Below are positions 33,396 to 45,433 of a stretch of DNA of 64,000 nucleotides, piece after piece. The position numbers and the translations under genes were made by a program. The stretch is from the NCBI GenBank assembly GCA_030704615.1, contig CM060731.1, forward strand, positions 51,088,001-51,152,000. Direction: 5' to 3'. Positions within the stretch are counted from its first letter, which is position 1. Every line of letters begins with the position of its first letter. The notes beneath the pieces were generated by a model. The model ran no database searches. It saw only the letters and a program-made list of their open reading frames with translations, and was not told the DNA's origin. This stretch comes from Takakia lepidozioides. Taxonomy: Eukaryota; Plantae; Bryophyta.

Positions 33396-36300
33396 ATGGC
33401 GGGGGCTGCATCAGCGATTTATCTGTTGGACATGAAAGGACGTGTTTTGATCTGGAGAGACTATCGTGGTGATGTTCCTGTTGCCCAAGCTGAGTTTTTC
33501 TTTTCTAAGCTCATGGATGGAGAGGTAACTTTTTCGTTGCGTTCGCTGACCTTCAAAAACCCGATTTTGTGTGAGCGTCTAGACTACAGTCGCGAGGTCG
33601 GACATGTCTTAACATGCTTATTCGTGCTTTGCTTGTATTGTCAGAGGAGGTTGTAGATGAGCTATTGAAATGCAATTCCCAATTCAGCCGTCAAACATTA
33701 ATTGACAGGTCATCGTGTAAGGTAGGAGTTTGATTGTGTCTGCACGGAATTCATATACAGGATGATCCAGCCTCGCAGGACCCAGTAATATTGTATGATG
33801 GTGTGACCTACCTTTTCATCCAGCACAACAATATATATCTTATGACAGCTTCCAGGCAGAATTGCAACGCGGCCAGTCTCCTTCTTTTTCTTCATCGTGT
33901 TGTTGGTGTATGTAGCCTTTTCAACTCATGAATGAGCTCAGGGCTATTTTTCCTCACTCTTCTTCCTCTGTCGATATTAGGTCGAGATAAGAACGTTTGT
34001 GTAGCTTCTGTCTTCTAAGAAATCTGCGGATGTTCAAGAGCAGGGTTAAATTGATGTTGTAGCCCATGCAGCCATTTTATTTTGTGGTGGATTTGGCTGC
34101 AAGTCTGAAACATCATTTGGTGTGTTTTTTCTGGATTGGTTTTGGAATGTGTGTATAGGTATTCAAACACTACTTTGAGGAGCTTGAAGAGGAATCATTG
34201 CGGGACAATTTTGTAGTTGTGGTAAGTACCAGTGGGGTGCAAGGACAACATCAGTTTTCCTTGATTTCAAATCTCTTTGCTCAAGGTTTCATTGGCATGC
34301 TGCAGGAAGTGCACATGTGGGTTGTGTCAGGATAACACTTATTGGACTGCTGTAATGCAGTATGAGTTGCTTGACGAGATGATGGATTTTGGATATCCTC
34401 AATATACGGAGGCTAAGATTCTTAGTGAATTCATCAAAACAGATGCATACAGAATGGAGGTGATTGCCCGCCCCCCGATGGCTGTCACAAATGCAGTATC
34501 TTGGCGAATGGAAGGAATCAAGTACAAGAAGAATGAGGCAAGTTCTATACTTGTTGATTGTCCATTGCATACTTGAGCATGTGAGCAGATCTTTTCTGTG
34601 ATCCAATTTGTATAAAATGACTGATATTGTTGGTTGAGAATAGTGGCAGCTTAGCCAGGGATACTTGTAAATTATAGGTGTGGCAGATCAGATGAAATGG
34701 TTGTTGGTAACTGTGTTGGTCATTGTGTAGGTGTTCCTGGATGTGGTGGAAAGTGTGAACATTCTGGTTAACAGCAATAGCCAGCTAGTGCGCTCTGATG
34801 TTGTTGGTGCCTTGAAGATGCGGACATATTTGAGGTAACAGATACGAGTTCCTTATTTGTTTTCTCACTTTCGGGTCAACAGCGATCGCCAGCCAGTGTG
34901 AGCACTCTAATATTGTTGGTGCCTATAAGATATGTACATATTTGAGGTAACAAATACTCCTTCTTTACTATGTAAAGAACGGATGCACCAAAACTGAAGA
35001 ACACTTCTTCTTTTACTGCCCTCTTTACTATGAGATCCGTGGGAGAAACCCAATATCTCACAACAGTCTTCCATTATGATGGCAGAGCTCTTATCTGCAC
35101 GAAGCTTTGACCTTATGCAATCCCTTGAGCAGGAGTTGCTTTTGGGCTGCTTCTGGCTTCACCCTGTCTTTTATTCTCTTTCTTGTTTCTTGTTTTCCTT
35201 TTGTCCCATGTGAGCTCTTGAGCTTTCTGCGGATGTTATAAAGTTCCATTTCATTGCTGCATGAATTTCATTCAGTAATTTCCCTGGAAGAGGAGCTGTG
35301 AAACTCTACGAGTTTGTATTGAAGTTCATCAATGGGTGGTAGGTTCCTACAGTGGAATGCCAGAATGCAAGCTTGGCCTGAACGACCGGGTATTGTTGGA
35401 GGCACAAGGGCGAGCAATGAAAGGGAAGGCAATTGATGTTGAGGACATCAAATTTCACCAGTATGTGTCTTGTTATTCACCTTTTTACTTTGGCATAGTG
35501 GGATGTATCGAATCTCGTGGTATGCAGGGCACAAGAAGAAGCACTTGATCATGCTCTGGCTCCACTTCCACGGGGATGCAAATGAGGCAATTCCTATCCT
35601 CAGGGGTTCCATATCTCAACCCTAGAGTGGGGGGACCGGCTCTGAAATTGCCCAAAGCCCCTGTGAGGGATGTGGAGAACATACACTTGGAGTGCTAGGT
35701 AGACAGTGTGACGCAGTTGTCTTGATTGATGTCCAATGAAGCTGAGACCTTCTCTGAAGAAAGGGATTCACAAGGAGTTTATGGGCATCATGATCCTATG
35801 TCACGGGCCTGTGATAGGCAAGGTGTCCACCCTCACCTACAATGTCTGGGATCTACATTGAGGCTCTCCATGTGCTAGGTTACATATCCCAGAATTTCTG
35901 GGACTACACATAAACCTGAAGGAGATGAACATTTCAGTCTTCAACACTACAAAACACATGATTTTTTCCCATATGCACGACAGGAAATCAAGATCTACGA
36001 TCTTCCTGGACAGGGTCAAATTGCCCCAGACATTTACTGCCAGCAAAAGCACTCTATAGCTCCAATATGAGTCTTGCTAGTATAAAGTCAGAAACTTGTT
36101 GGTAGAGGAGTTCTACTGGTTGTCCCCTGAGATGAATTGTCTACAAACGACTGTCAACTTGTGATACAGGGCCCTTAGAAGCTAATCAACCATCATCCTA
36201 ACTCATGTGCGCCGGAAAGGGGGGCCCAGCAAAGCTTTATTCTAGGCTTTGTCTCTTAATATATTGACCCATAATCTCTTTGAGCTCGCCAGTGGACGTC

Positions 36301-38004
36301 TTTTCTTTAGTATCCTATTCAGGCCCACTTATGTCTGTAAGATGACATTTGCTTTGTGCAGGTGTGTCAGATTGGCTCGGTTTGAGAATGACCGAACAAT
36401 CTCTTTCATACCTCCAGATGGGCCTTTCGATTTGATGACTTACCGCCTAAGTACACAGGTACACTTGCCTCAGATCAATGATTCTCCAGGAATGCCTTGA
36501 TTGGGTGCTCGAAATCAGTTAACTTGCAGCCATTTCAGACAGTCCTTCCCGGCCCTATAGATGACCATAATGTGTACATTGTACGAGTAACTTGGAGCTT
36601 CTAGCATTTGCTTTGAGGCCTGGTGTTGTCAGGTCGTAGGGTTTTGGGAGCCAACAGTCTGTCCCTATGTGGCATGCTCTAAAGGAAATCCCGTCCACAA
36701 AGTGAGGCGATTGTATGGGTTTCATCGGTGGCATAGGTGAGGCCCTTGATATGGGTCGAGGCGCAAGTTGAGCGACACTCCAGAAGTCGTGTAGAGTATA
36801 TGGTCAAAGCGCGCAGTCAGTTCAAGGAGCGCAGGTACTAATGACTTTTTTGATACTCCCCTCATTTCCAGTTCAAGGTTGCTGTGATGAAGTACTTTCT
36901 TTGAGACTTTTACCTGACATGGGAAGTACCAGCCATCAAGTTATTACATCTTTGAGCTTTTGTCACCCAGGGAGCAAGCACGTCGTTTTGTATTTACTGC
37001 GAAATTGGTCGTGTCACGTGAGTGCCTGTTGAGTTTGTAAAATTGCCTTGTTGTGGGTGTAATAGTACGGCTACCAATGTGGAGATTGACTTGCCAGTAT
37101 CGTCAGATGCCACAACCCCAGTAATTCGCACATCCATGGGCACTGCAGTTTATGCTCCAGAAAAGGATGCACTAATATGGAAAATAAAGTCGTTTGCCGG
37201 TGGAAAGGTACATCCTCTCTCTGGCCCTTGATTCCCTTAGTGTACCTTGGAAGTGTCCCCAGGTGTATGCATAACTACCTTAGTGGTTTACATTCATAGA
37301 AGTTGGTCTGAGCTGCTTATTATCGACGAGTGTTTGGAAGCTTTTGAGAGACTCGTTCTTTCTTCATCAAGAGTATTTCATTGAATCATGGTAGTCTGTC
37401 TTTATGCGGAAAATAAATTCAGATGTTCAATGACAGAGCCGTAAGTTGATTTTCATCCCTGAAAGCCCACGATGATCTCTCCTTGTGCACATTCAGAATA
37501 ATCTTGTTTGTCCGTTCTGGCTTGAAGTGTGAACCCATCAAAACTAGGAACTACAGGAGGTTCGTACAGTATGGAGGGTGCTGGATGTGATCTGATTTTG
37601 TTTCTATGGGGGCTTGATCACAGGAGTATATGTTGAGAGCGAAGTTTGCTCTGCCAAGCATTGAAGCCGAGGAGACTGCAGTCGGGAAGCGGCCACCTAT
37701 CCGTGTCAAATTTGAAATCCCTTATTTCACCGTTTCTGGCATTCAGGTGTACATTCTGATTGACCGCTTGCTATTGTAATTCAGTTGGTGTCTTTTGCGT
37801 TTCCTGTTTCCTCCTCTCAAAGGGATCCAAGCTTTTAACTTTCTATGCAATTTGCGGCTCAATGTGCGTTTCTGTTCCCATTGACTCGGTCTTGTGCAGG
37901 TTCGGTACCTCAAGATTATTGAGAAGAGTGGGTATCAGGCATTGCCTTGGGTGCGTTATATCACCACTGCTGGTGAGTACGAGCTGAGGCTGATCTCTGT
38001 GTAA
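33396..38004 (+). CDS. AP1M: AP-1 complex subunit mu (clathrin adaptor medium chain), 11 exons
   Basis: Exons 33396-33524, 33761-33907, 34159-34221, 34361-34537, 34731-34834, 35353-35460, 36362-36458, 36737-36834, 37066-37207, 37624-37746, 37900-38004. Motifs: MAGAASAIYLLDMKGRVLIWRDYRGD, YELLDEMMDFGYPQ, SGMPECKLGLND, FIPPDG, SGYQALPWVRYIT. Confidence 0.95.
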
Positions 38005-38094
38005 CTGCCATTGATATTATAAAGCTAGATAGATCCCGGGACAGCCGTCAACCTTGATGGGAGTGCGCTGGAAACGACCTTCCTTCACCTTATG

Positions 38095-40470
38095 GCCGGA
38101 AATTCGTGAAAAATAGCAAAGTGGGCTTTCTTGGAGCAATGATCCCTTAGTGTGGGAGATTTGGAATTTCAAGTGTTTTTTTTAACATAGAATTCATGAA
38201 AAGAAAAAAAATTATATTTTGTGGAATGTTATGGAATTTGAAGTACTTTTGGTAGCTGGAAATTCATGGAAAATAGCAAAGTGAGCTTTCCTGGAGCAAT
38301 GATTGGCCCTTCATTTGTCTTTTGTGCACGTGGATGTAAATTGGGCTTTTTTTAAATATTGGCATTCATTTTTAAGTCTCGGCCGTAGGTCCAAATTGTG
38401 TGAAACCAAGTCGGTGCACCCCTAAGTACTCATCGAGGGCTTTCCAACATTAAAATCGTGGCCAGAGGCCCCGCGATTTTGGTACTGTTGGAAAGCCCTT
38501 GATGAGTACTTAGGGTTGCACCGACTTGGTTTCACAAAATTTGGATGTATGGGGCGGGAATTATAGAAATATGAACAATTTTGGTTGCTGAAAATTCAAA
38601 TTGCACTTGGATACATAGGGGATTGCACTTGGAATTAGATGACATTGGACACTTTGGCCAACGGCACATGCTATCCTAGTCAATATATGAAGCGAGGTAA
38701 TTTGTTTGTTTGTTTTATTTTGTTTTGTAGCATCGTTGAGATCTCCCAAACCGCCAAGCCCTAGCCCTCGTGCTTGGTCTTGTTGCAAAGCCCTTGATGA
38801 GGAGGGGTGCACCGGCTTGGTCTCATGATTTTTGGACCCGCGGTGTGGGAGCTATGGAATTTCAAGTACTTTTGGTCGTCGAAAATTCATGAAAAATAGC
38901 AAAGTGGGCTTTCCTGGGACAATGATTGGCCCGAGACTTATGGAATTATGAACAATTCTGGTTGCTGAAAAATTGAACTAAATTACAAATCAAGTATTGG
39001 AAGGACACTGGAGGTTGCACTTGGGCCACGATAGAGGCCACAAGGCAGGTAGATTGTGGAAACCACACCCATTTTTTGCATACTTGCAAAGAGCACCCTT
39101 GCTGCAGGCTTAACGATTTTAGTACCGTTTGAAAGCCCTCGATGATTTTTGGACCTACACTATGGGAGATGTGGAATTTCAAGTATTTTTGGTAGGAGGA
39201 AATTGGGGAAAAATAGCAAAGTGGGCTTTCTTGGGACAATGATTGGATATATTACTACTCAATAAATTCGTGGAAAATCAATTCTTCACACATGGGCCTT
39301 GACATAGGACATACCGTAGTCGGCATGCTGATTCGGCAGTAAATAATTAGAAATGAACATGCCTAATAAATAAGTGAAATTTTTAAAAAAAAACTATCAA
39401 AATTTGAAATTTCATAAAGAAATGCCTAAGATCTCAAACAAACTACTCAAAGATGTTTCCAGGCACAAAATATTTTCCTAGAGCTTGTGGTGCTTTAGCT
39501 CTGAGAAATCCTAGAATAATTGGCTGAACAATCACTGCATTTAATGATTGGCCAGATGCTCTCATGGCTCTTAACAACCCACATAATTTTTTTTTTACCA
39601 CATACAGAAGATAGAGCAAGTTCATGCTGGGAGTCACCGCCGAATTACTTAAAATCTCCGCATGGCATTGCCGTGAAATCTAGAAACTTCCTTAAGTTAT
39701 GTTGGAGTGTTTCATTGTAAGGAAAATAACTATTCGGCACTTCACTGCCGGATCAGCCTGCCGACTACAGTAGTTGGATACAAAGGGGATTGCACTTGAC
39801 ACTTGGGCCAACGGCACAGGCTACACTAGTAACTGATGATAATGTCATTTTTTAATTTTCCTCTCTTGTCTACAATTGAAAATGTATATTGATTATTTTT
39901 TATTTTTTTTGTAGTGTTGAGATGTCCAAAACTGCGGGGCCAGCCCTGGTGCTTCGTACCATTCTATGAGGAGTGGTGCACCGGCTTGGTTTCATGATTT
40001 TTGGACCTACGGTGTGGGAGATATGGAGTTTCAAGTACTTTTGGTCGCTGGAAATCCGTGAAAAATAGCAAAGTGGGCTTTCCTGGAACAATGATTGGAT
40101 ATATTATATATTATTACTCAATAAAGTCATGGAATAAAATAAATTGGTTTTACAAGATATGAAGCAAGATAGTTTATTTGTTTTGTTTTGTTTGTCGCGT
40201 GGAGATCTCCCAAACTGCAGGGTCTGTGGCCGCAATTTTAGTACCGTTGGAAAGCCCTCCATGAGTAGGGGTGCACCGATTTTTTATTTTATTTTATTTA
40301 TTAAGGGAAACACCTGGGAGTGACTTGGTTTCATAAAATTTGGATCTATGGGTTGGAGAGTTATGGAATTATTATGAACAATTTTGGTCATTGGAAATTC
40401 AACTAAATTGCACTTGGACTTCAAAATTTCACTGGAAACTTGTGCCAACGGCACATGCTACCTTAGTTTA
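38095..40470. repeat. Cluster of direct and inverted copies of a short dispersed repeat (MITE-like)
   Basis: Recurrent aaaatagcaaagtgggctttc and gaaagccct...gggtgcaccg(a/g)cttggtttca units, at least five copies of each. Confidence 0.75.
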
Positions 40471-42163
40471 TTGGCTATTCTTTATTCTAAAGAGGAGACT
40501 AAGCCCTTCTTGTGGCTTCCCTGGGTGTCACCTCCTCTCCTTTGTTGGCTTATGAAGAATAAATGGATGAATTTTTAAGTTTATTATGGATGAGAATAGA
40601 TTTCGCTAACAAGAGGAGCGGATAACAGTGATGTCATGGGTTGATCCTAAACAGTAGTCAAACTGTCATAAGTGGCCATGGTCCAATTCTGTCAAGTTTG
40701 TGATTGTGAAAGACGGTTAGCCAATCTAACCTTCTGCATACTCACACAAGCATGTGCAGATCCTTTGAAGGAACCAATCGGACTCATTTTTGGGACCTCT
40801 TGAACGTGTGTGCTGAACACAACTGTTTTGGAGCTAATATGCATGAGTGGTATTATGGCACATTGTTTTTAGGGTGTAAAAAAGTCTTGGATCTTTTATT
40901 CTATCATTTCTGTTCTTGCCTACCCTGCATGTGTCTAGAGACCAATCAAGCAGTCTCTCTTCCTTTCAGATTGAGCACACACACTCAAACAAAAATATTG
41001 CCTATGTGTCTCTCAAGCATTTCCACATGCATTTCAGTATTGCCAGTGTTGTCCTGACGTCAGATAGGAGTATCTAGGTAGCGCTCACCATGAAGGTGTG
41101 CACTGGAGTCTTTCCAGAAGTTATTCTAAAGACAATTAGATATAAACTCCATTGTCTATGGGGTTTGCCTAGCAAGACAAGGATCATAGTTTGAGTCTCC
41201 ACAACCGTACAAACTCTTGTGTCTTATGATTTGGAAATAACGTATACTCACACTCCTTAAATGTGTGCAGGTCAACTTTAACATCAAGCAAGGCAAGATG
41301 TAGTGGCTGGGTGATTTTTGGGGCAGCTGTTGTAGGTTTGTGTATGTTCTCAGCCCTTGTGCTGACTTTCCACTCAGAAGAGAGGTGCGTATTGTGTGGA
41401 AGAAGCTCACTGGACATGTTTTGCAATGTACGCACAAGGTTGCAACCAAAAGCCCTGGTGAAGTTTCTGGTTGTGGGCGACTGAGGTCGAAATGGGAAGT
41501 ACAACCAGACATTTGTGGCGGAGCAGGTGCAGACTTTTCAACTTTTAGCATAGTTGAAGAATGAGACACGGCCTTGGTTTGTAGAAGGTCCAGCAAATGG
41601 TATGGGAAAGAAAGAAGAAACTTAAAAGGGTGTTAGAAGAATGCCCCGAGGGAAAGAGGCTGAAATAGAAGTGGCCAGTGTGACTGGCCGAGCACATCTA
41701 TGTAGACAGATTTTGTCCATCGACTGCAAAGCATAATACAGACGGAAGTAATTCATTAGCTTTGGTAGCCTGAGACTCATTGAGTTGATGAACTGGCCTC
41801 AAAAAACTACCTTGAAGCTTTTATTAATCGATCGAATGTGACTTCACAACTCCGTTCTTTACATGTAAGTGTCATGAAGAAACTGCTACATGAGTGTACT
41901 TGAAAATGAAAGATTCTGTTCCAATCACGGGGAACAATCACGGGCAGTGTTCTATTGGGTGCGTTGTGGTTATCTCCAGGCTGTGCTTGCCAGTCAAGTT
42001 AAGTCAGGTGAATGGTTGAGTCTGCAACAATGTCTTGCCTCTTCCCTTGTGAATGAAGAGGGAGAAGATCATGTGGTTGCACAGGTTCTCCTCACTGGCT
42101 TGCTTTTGCTCTGATATACAACAGCTGTGGACTAAGTCAACCCAATTTCTGCCACATTCAAAC

Positions 42164-42387
42164 AAAATATCGGCCATATTAACCATGTTAGATGCATTGT
42201 CCGTGCACACTTGGACAATTTTATCAGCTCCAATTTTATCGATGAAACTTGTCAACAACCCTGCTTGATAACGTGCATCTTTTATCTCCCCGCTTGTGTC
42301 AACGGATCCCAAAAATTGTTCCCCCGCAGGACAGACCAGCATGACATTGAACAGTGGTCGATTAGAAACAGAACTCCAACCGTCCAC
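42164..42387 (-). pseudogene. hAT transposase fragment (DUF659-like catalytic core)
   Basis: DGWSSVSNRPLFNVMLVCPAGEQFLGSVDTSGEIKDA...IDKIGADKIVQVCTDNASNM. Confidence 0.85.
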
Positions 42388-42489
42388 TAATCATAAAACA
42401 AAACTGTACAATACAGAAGGTATGGAACAATACATAAAGTTGCACTACAAGATCCGTCGTTTAGTACCGTGGTTCAAGATCTAATCTCT

Positions 42490-43103
42490 GCGAAGGTCTT
42501 CACTTCGCCTTCAAGTTTTGAAAGACGCATATGTGTGGATTTGTCATTGAGATGTTTCGACAGACCTTGAAGTTTGCTATTGCACTCCTGAAGAGAGGCC
42601 CGCAAAGCGATGTCCTGAACTCACATATTGTTCTCCAAGTCTGCGTCTCTGTCTGTCATGCGCTTCTGCCAATCTTTGTCCAAGGAAGCCATGCGCTTCT
42701 CCCAGTCTTTATTAAGAGAAGCCATCCGCGTCTCCCAATCTTTGTCTAGGGAAGCCAACCGCTCCTCCGAGTCATTGTCTCGGGCAGCGAGCACTTGCTG
42801 CAGAGTCTCCTCCGAGATGCATTTCGTTTGTAAGATGGTGATTTGGTCCCGAAGCGTTTGAACATCAGCACTCCTTGTGGAATACTGACGCAAAGGAGAG
42901 GCCTGTTGAGAAATAGGGGCAGGAAGAAGAAGCATATGGGAATCAGGTCGGGGTGAGGGAGACGGGGAGTCTGCCTCGTCACCAACCGTCCTTTGGCGTT
43001 TGGAGGACGTCATGGTGTGGTGGAGGCGGCGCTAGCGCGCCAACGCGCGTGAGCGCAGCGCCAACGTGCTACCGCGCGCGCGCGCGAGAGAGAGAAACGA
43101 GAG
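42490..43103 (-). mobile_element. Probable 5' end of a LINE (CT/CG-rich leader plus ORF1-like coiled coil)
   Basis: ORF 42621-43013 has a Pro/Ser-rich start and 11-aa repeats R(L/M)ASL(D/N)KDW. The upstream leader is tctctc/cgcgcg-rich. Confidence 0.35.
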
Positions 43104-45433
43104 AGAAGAAACTTAAAAGGGTGTTAGCAGAATGCCCCGAGGGAAAGAGGCTGAGATAGAAGTGGCCAGTGTGACTGGCTGAGCACATCTGTGCAGACAA
43201 ACTTTGTCCATTGACAGCAAAGCAGAATACAGACGGAAGTAACTCATTAGCTTTGGTAGCCTGAGACTCATTGAGTTGATGAACTGGCCTCAGAAAGCCA
43301 CCTTGAAGCTTTAGACATTAATTGATCGAATGTGACTTCACAACTCCGTTCTTTACATGTAAGTGTGAAGAAACTGCTACATGAGTGTACATGAAAATGA
43401 AAGATTTTGTTCCAATCACGGGGAGACAATGTTCTATTGGGTGCTTTGTGGTTGTCTGCAGGCTGTGCTTGCCAGTCAGGTTAAGTCAGGTGAAGGGTTG
43501 AGTCTGCAGCAATGTCTTGCCTCTTCCCTTATGAATGAAGAGGGAGAAGATCATGTGGTTGCAGAGGTCATCCTCGCTGCCTTGCTTTTGCTCTGATATA
43601 CAACAGCTATGGACTAAGTCGACCCAATTTCTGCCACATTCAAACTGTAACTGTCCACTAATCATAAAACAAAACTGTACAATACAGAAGGTATGGAACA
43701 ATACGTAAGGTTGCACTACAAGATCCGTCGTTTGTACCTTCCTTCAAGATCTACACGACAGCGCTACCTTTGAAGCTCCATTGAGTTTCTTGCCATATCT
43801 GCGTGAATCCGTTTGTTTACTCCATCCTTTTGAGTGTCTGGAATCTGTCGATTGAAAAACTATGTGCTCTGTAGTACGTATGTTTTGCTTCTAGGAGTAC
43901 TGTCCAAGCGTCTGGAAATTTTCTTCCAGATGTTTTTGTTTTGGTGGGAGGACGAGTTGATATATACGTCTTGTGGCTCCAAGCTAGAATTTATGCCATG
44001 GAATCATCTCGCAGCAGCATGTGTCACTTTTATGATATATGAGCTCTCACTTTTGGGGGTGACCCTGATGGTATCATGCCAAAGGTATGTGGTGATGATG
44101 GACTCATATACTCTAATGAAGGACTCTATTTGGGACTCTAACGTAGCTCCATCTTGGTTGATCCCAAAGGCCGTCTTCAAAAGCTCAATACATGTATGCA
44201 GACAATACAATTGAGAGGCAAGAAGAATCTCAAAATGGCTGTGCAGTATTGAGTGAATTCAGGAGTCAGAGGTTTAGTGACGTGCTGTAACTAATGACGC
44301 GACGAAGAAGGACTTTGAGCTCCGGAGGAGTCGGTGTCTCTGTCGACACCCTCATAAGGATTACCTACATCCTACCCAATTCACCAGATGCCTCAGTAAC
44401 GTGCAGGGAAGAGTGCTTCGCCTGCCACGCAGATCAGCACTTAGTTGCCAGCCTTTCGACAACTCGACCTGTGCTTGTGGACAGATTAATCACACGTTGC
44501 CAGCCCTGAAAGCATGAGTAGAGGCGCGACCGATTGCCCATCTGAGCAATACAGCATCTATCTTATGAAATGTGAAAACTTGCTGCAGCTTGTCAGACCA
44601 CATTGGCAAGCTCAAGAAATCGAAACGTCCACAGAGATTGCCCAAATTTCCGTAATGCTTGCTGCCGAAACGAAAATTAACACCTGTTCACTCGGGACCC
44701 ATCCTGTGAAGTCCCGAGTTCGGTTTAGAGAGACGAGAGTTTACATTCAAAGAGTCGTACAGACTGTGATTGCCCTCTGCATGGTGGAGGGCAAAGCGAC
44801 CACGACTCTACGGAGAGAACTCGCCTAATGCCCGCTCACCGTTCTTTGTGCTGGAATTCTGCCGTCGTGGGCTGCCCACTTTGAGGCGGCGGCATACTGA
44901 ATAGACCTCTGAAAAAATGACCAGAGCTAAGGTGGGCGTGTGGCGGCAGAGGGAAAGGCGTCCGCAACTTAGTGGATTCAGGCATGGATCCACGCACTTC
45001 GCTCGTGGATCCGAGAAGTCTCCGAGAAAAATGGAAAAAGAAGATTCAAAAGACACTAGTGCACATTGTAAGAACGAAAAGGAAGAAGCGGACTGGAACT
45101 GTCCTCTTATTAAGGTTCCATGCCAGTTGACCTCGAAGTTGAAGTCTCTCAGGAGCTAGCATATGTCTGCATCCGTAACGATCCGTAAGTACCGTGTCGG
45201 AAAGAAACAATTTTGCAGCAGATATGGCGCTTGCAGGCTCTCTCGATTGTAATCCCGGCCTTGGTCCAGTTGCTATTGTTTTCCAAATTATCCTTATATA
45301 TGATGCCCATCCCTGCGACTCTTTCAAATACGAGTTGCGACATTCACTCCATCGGACGCACCAGGAGTCGAGTCAAGTTCTTCTTCTGTCTTGGCTGGCA
45401 ATACTTATCTGGAGTTCTAGTGCTGGATAGAGT

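Larger units (their letters stand above)
41613..43753 (+). repeat. Local direct duplication (~650-bp unit; copies 41613-42483 and 43104-43753)
   Basis: Both copies run from agaagaaacttaaaagggtgttag to ttcaagatcta with high identity. Copy 1 has ~210 extra bp. Confidence 0.9.

Noticed and set aside
35799-36168. TGTCAC...GTGATACA solo-LTR-like segment in AP1M intron 6
   Set aside because: No matching TSD and no second copy in the window.
41156-41600. Overlapping minus-strand ORFs next to the duplication
   Set aside because: No recognisable motif or consistent exon chain.
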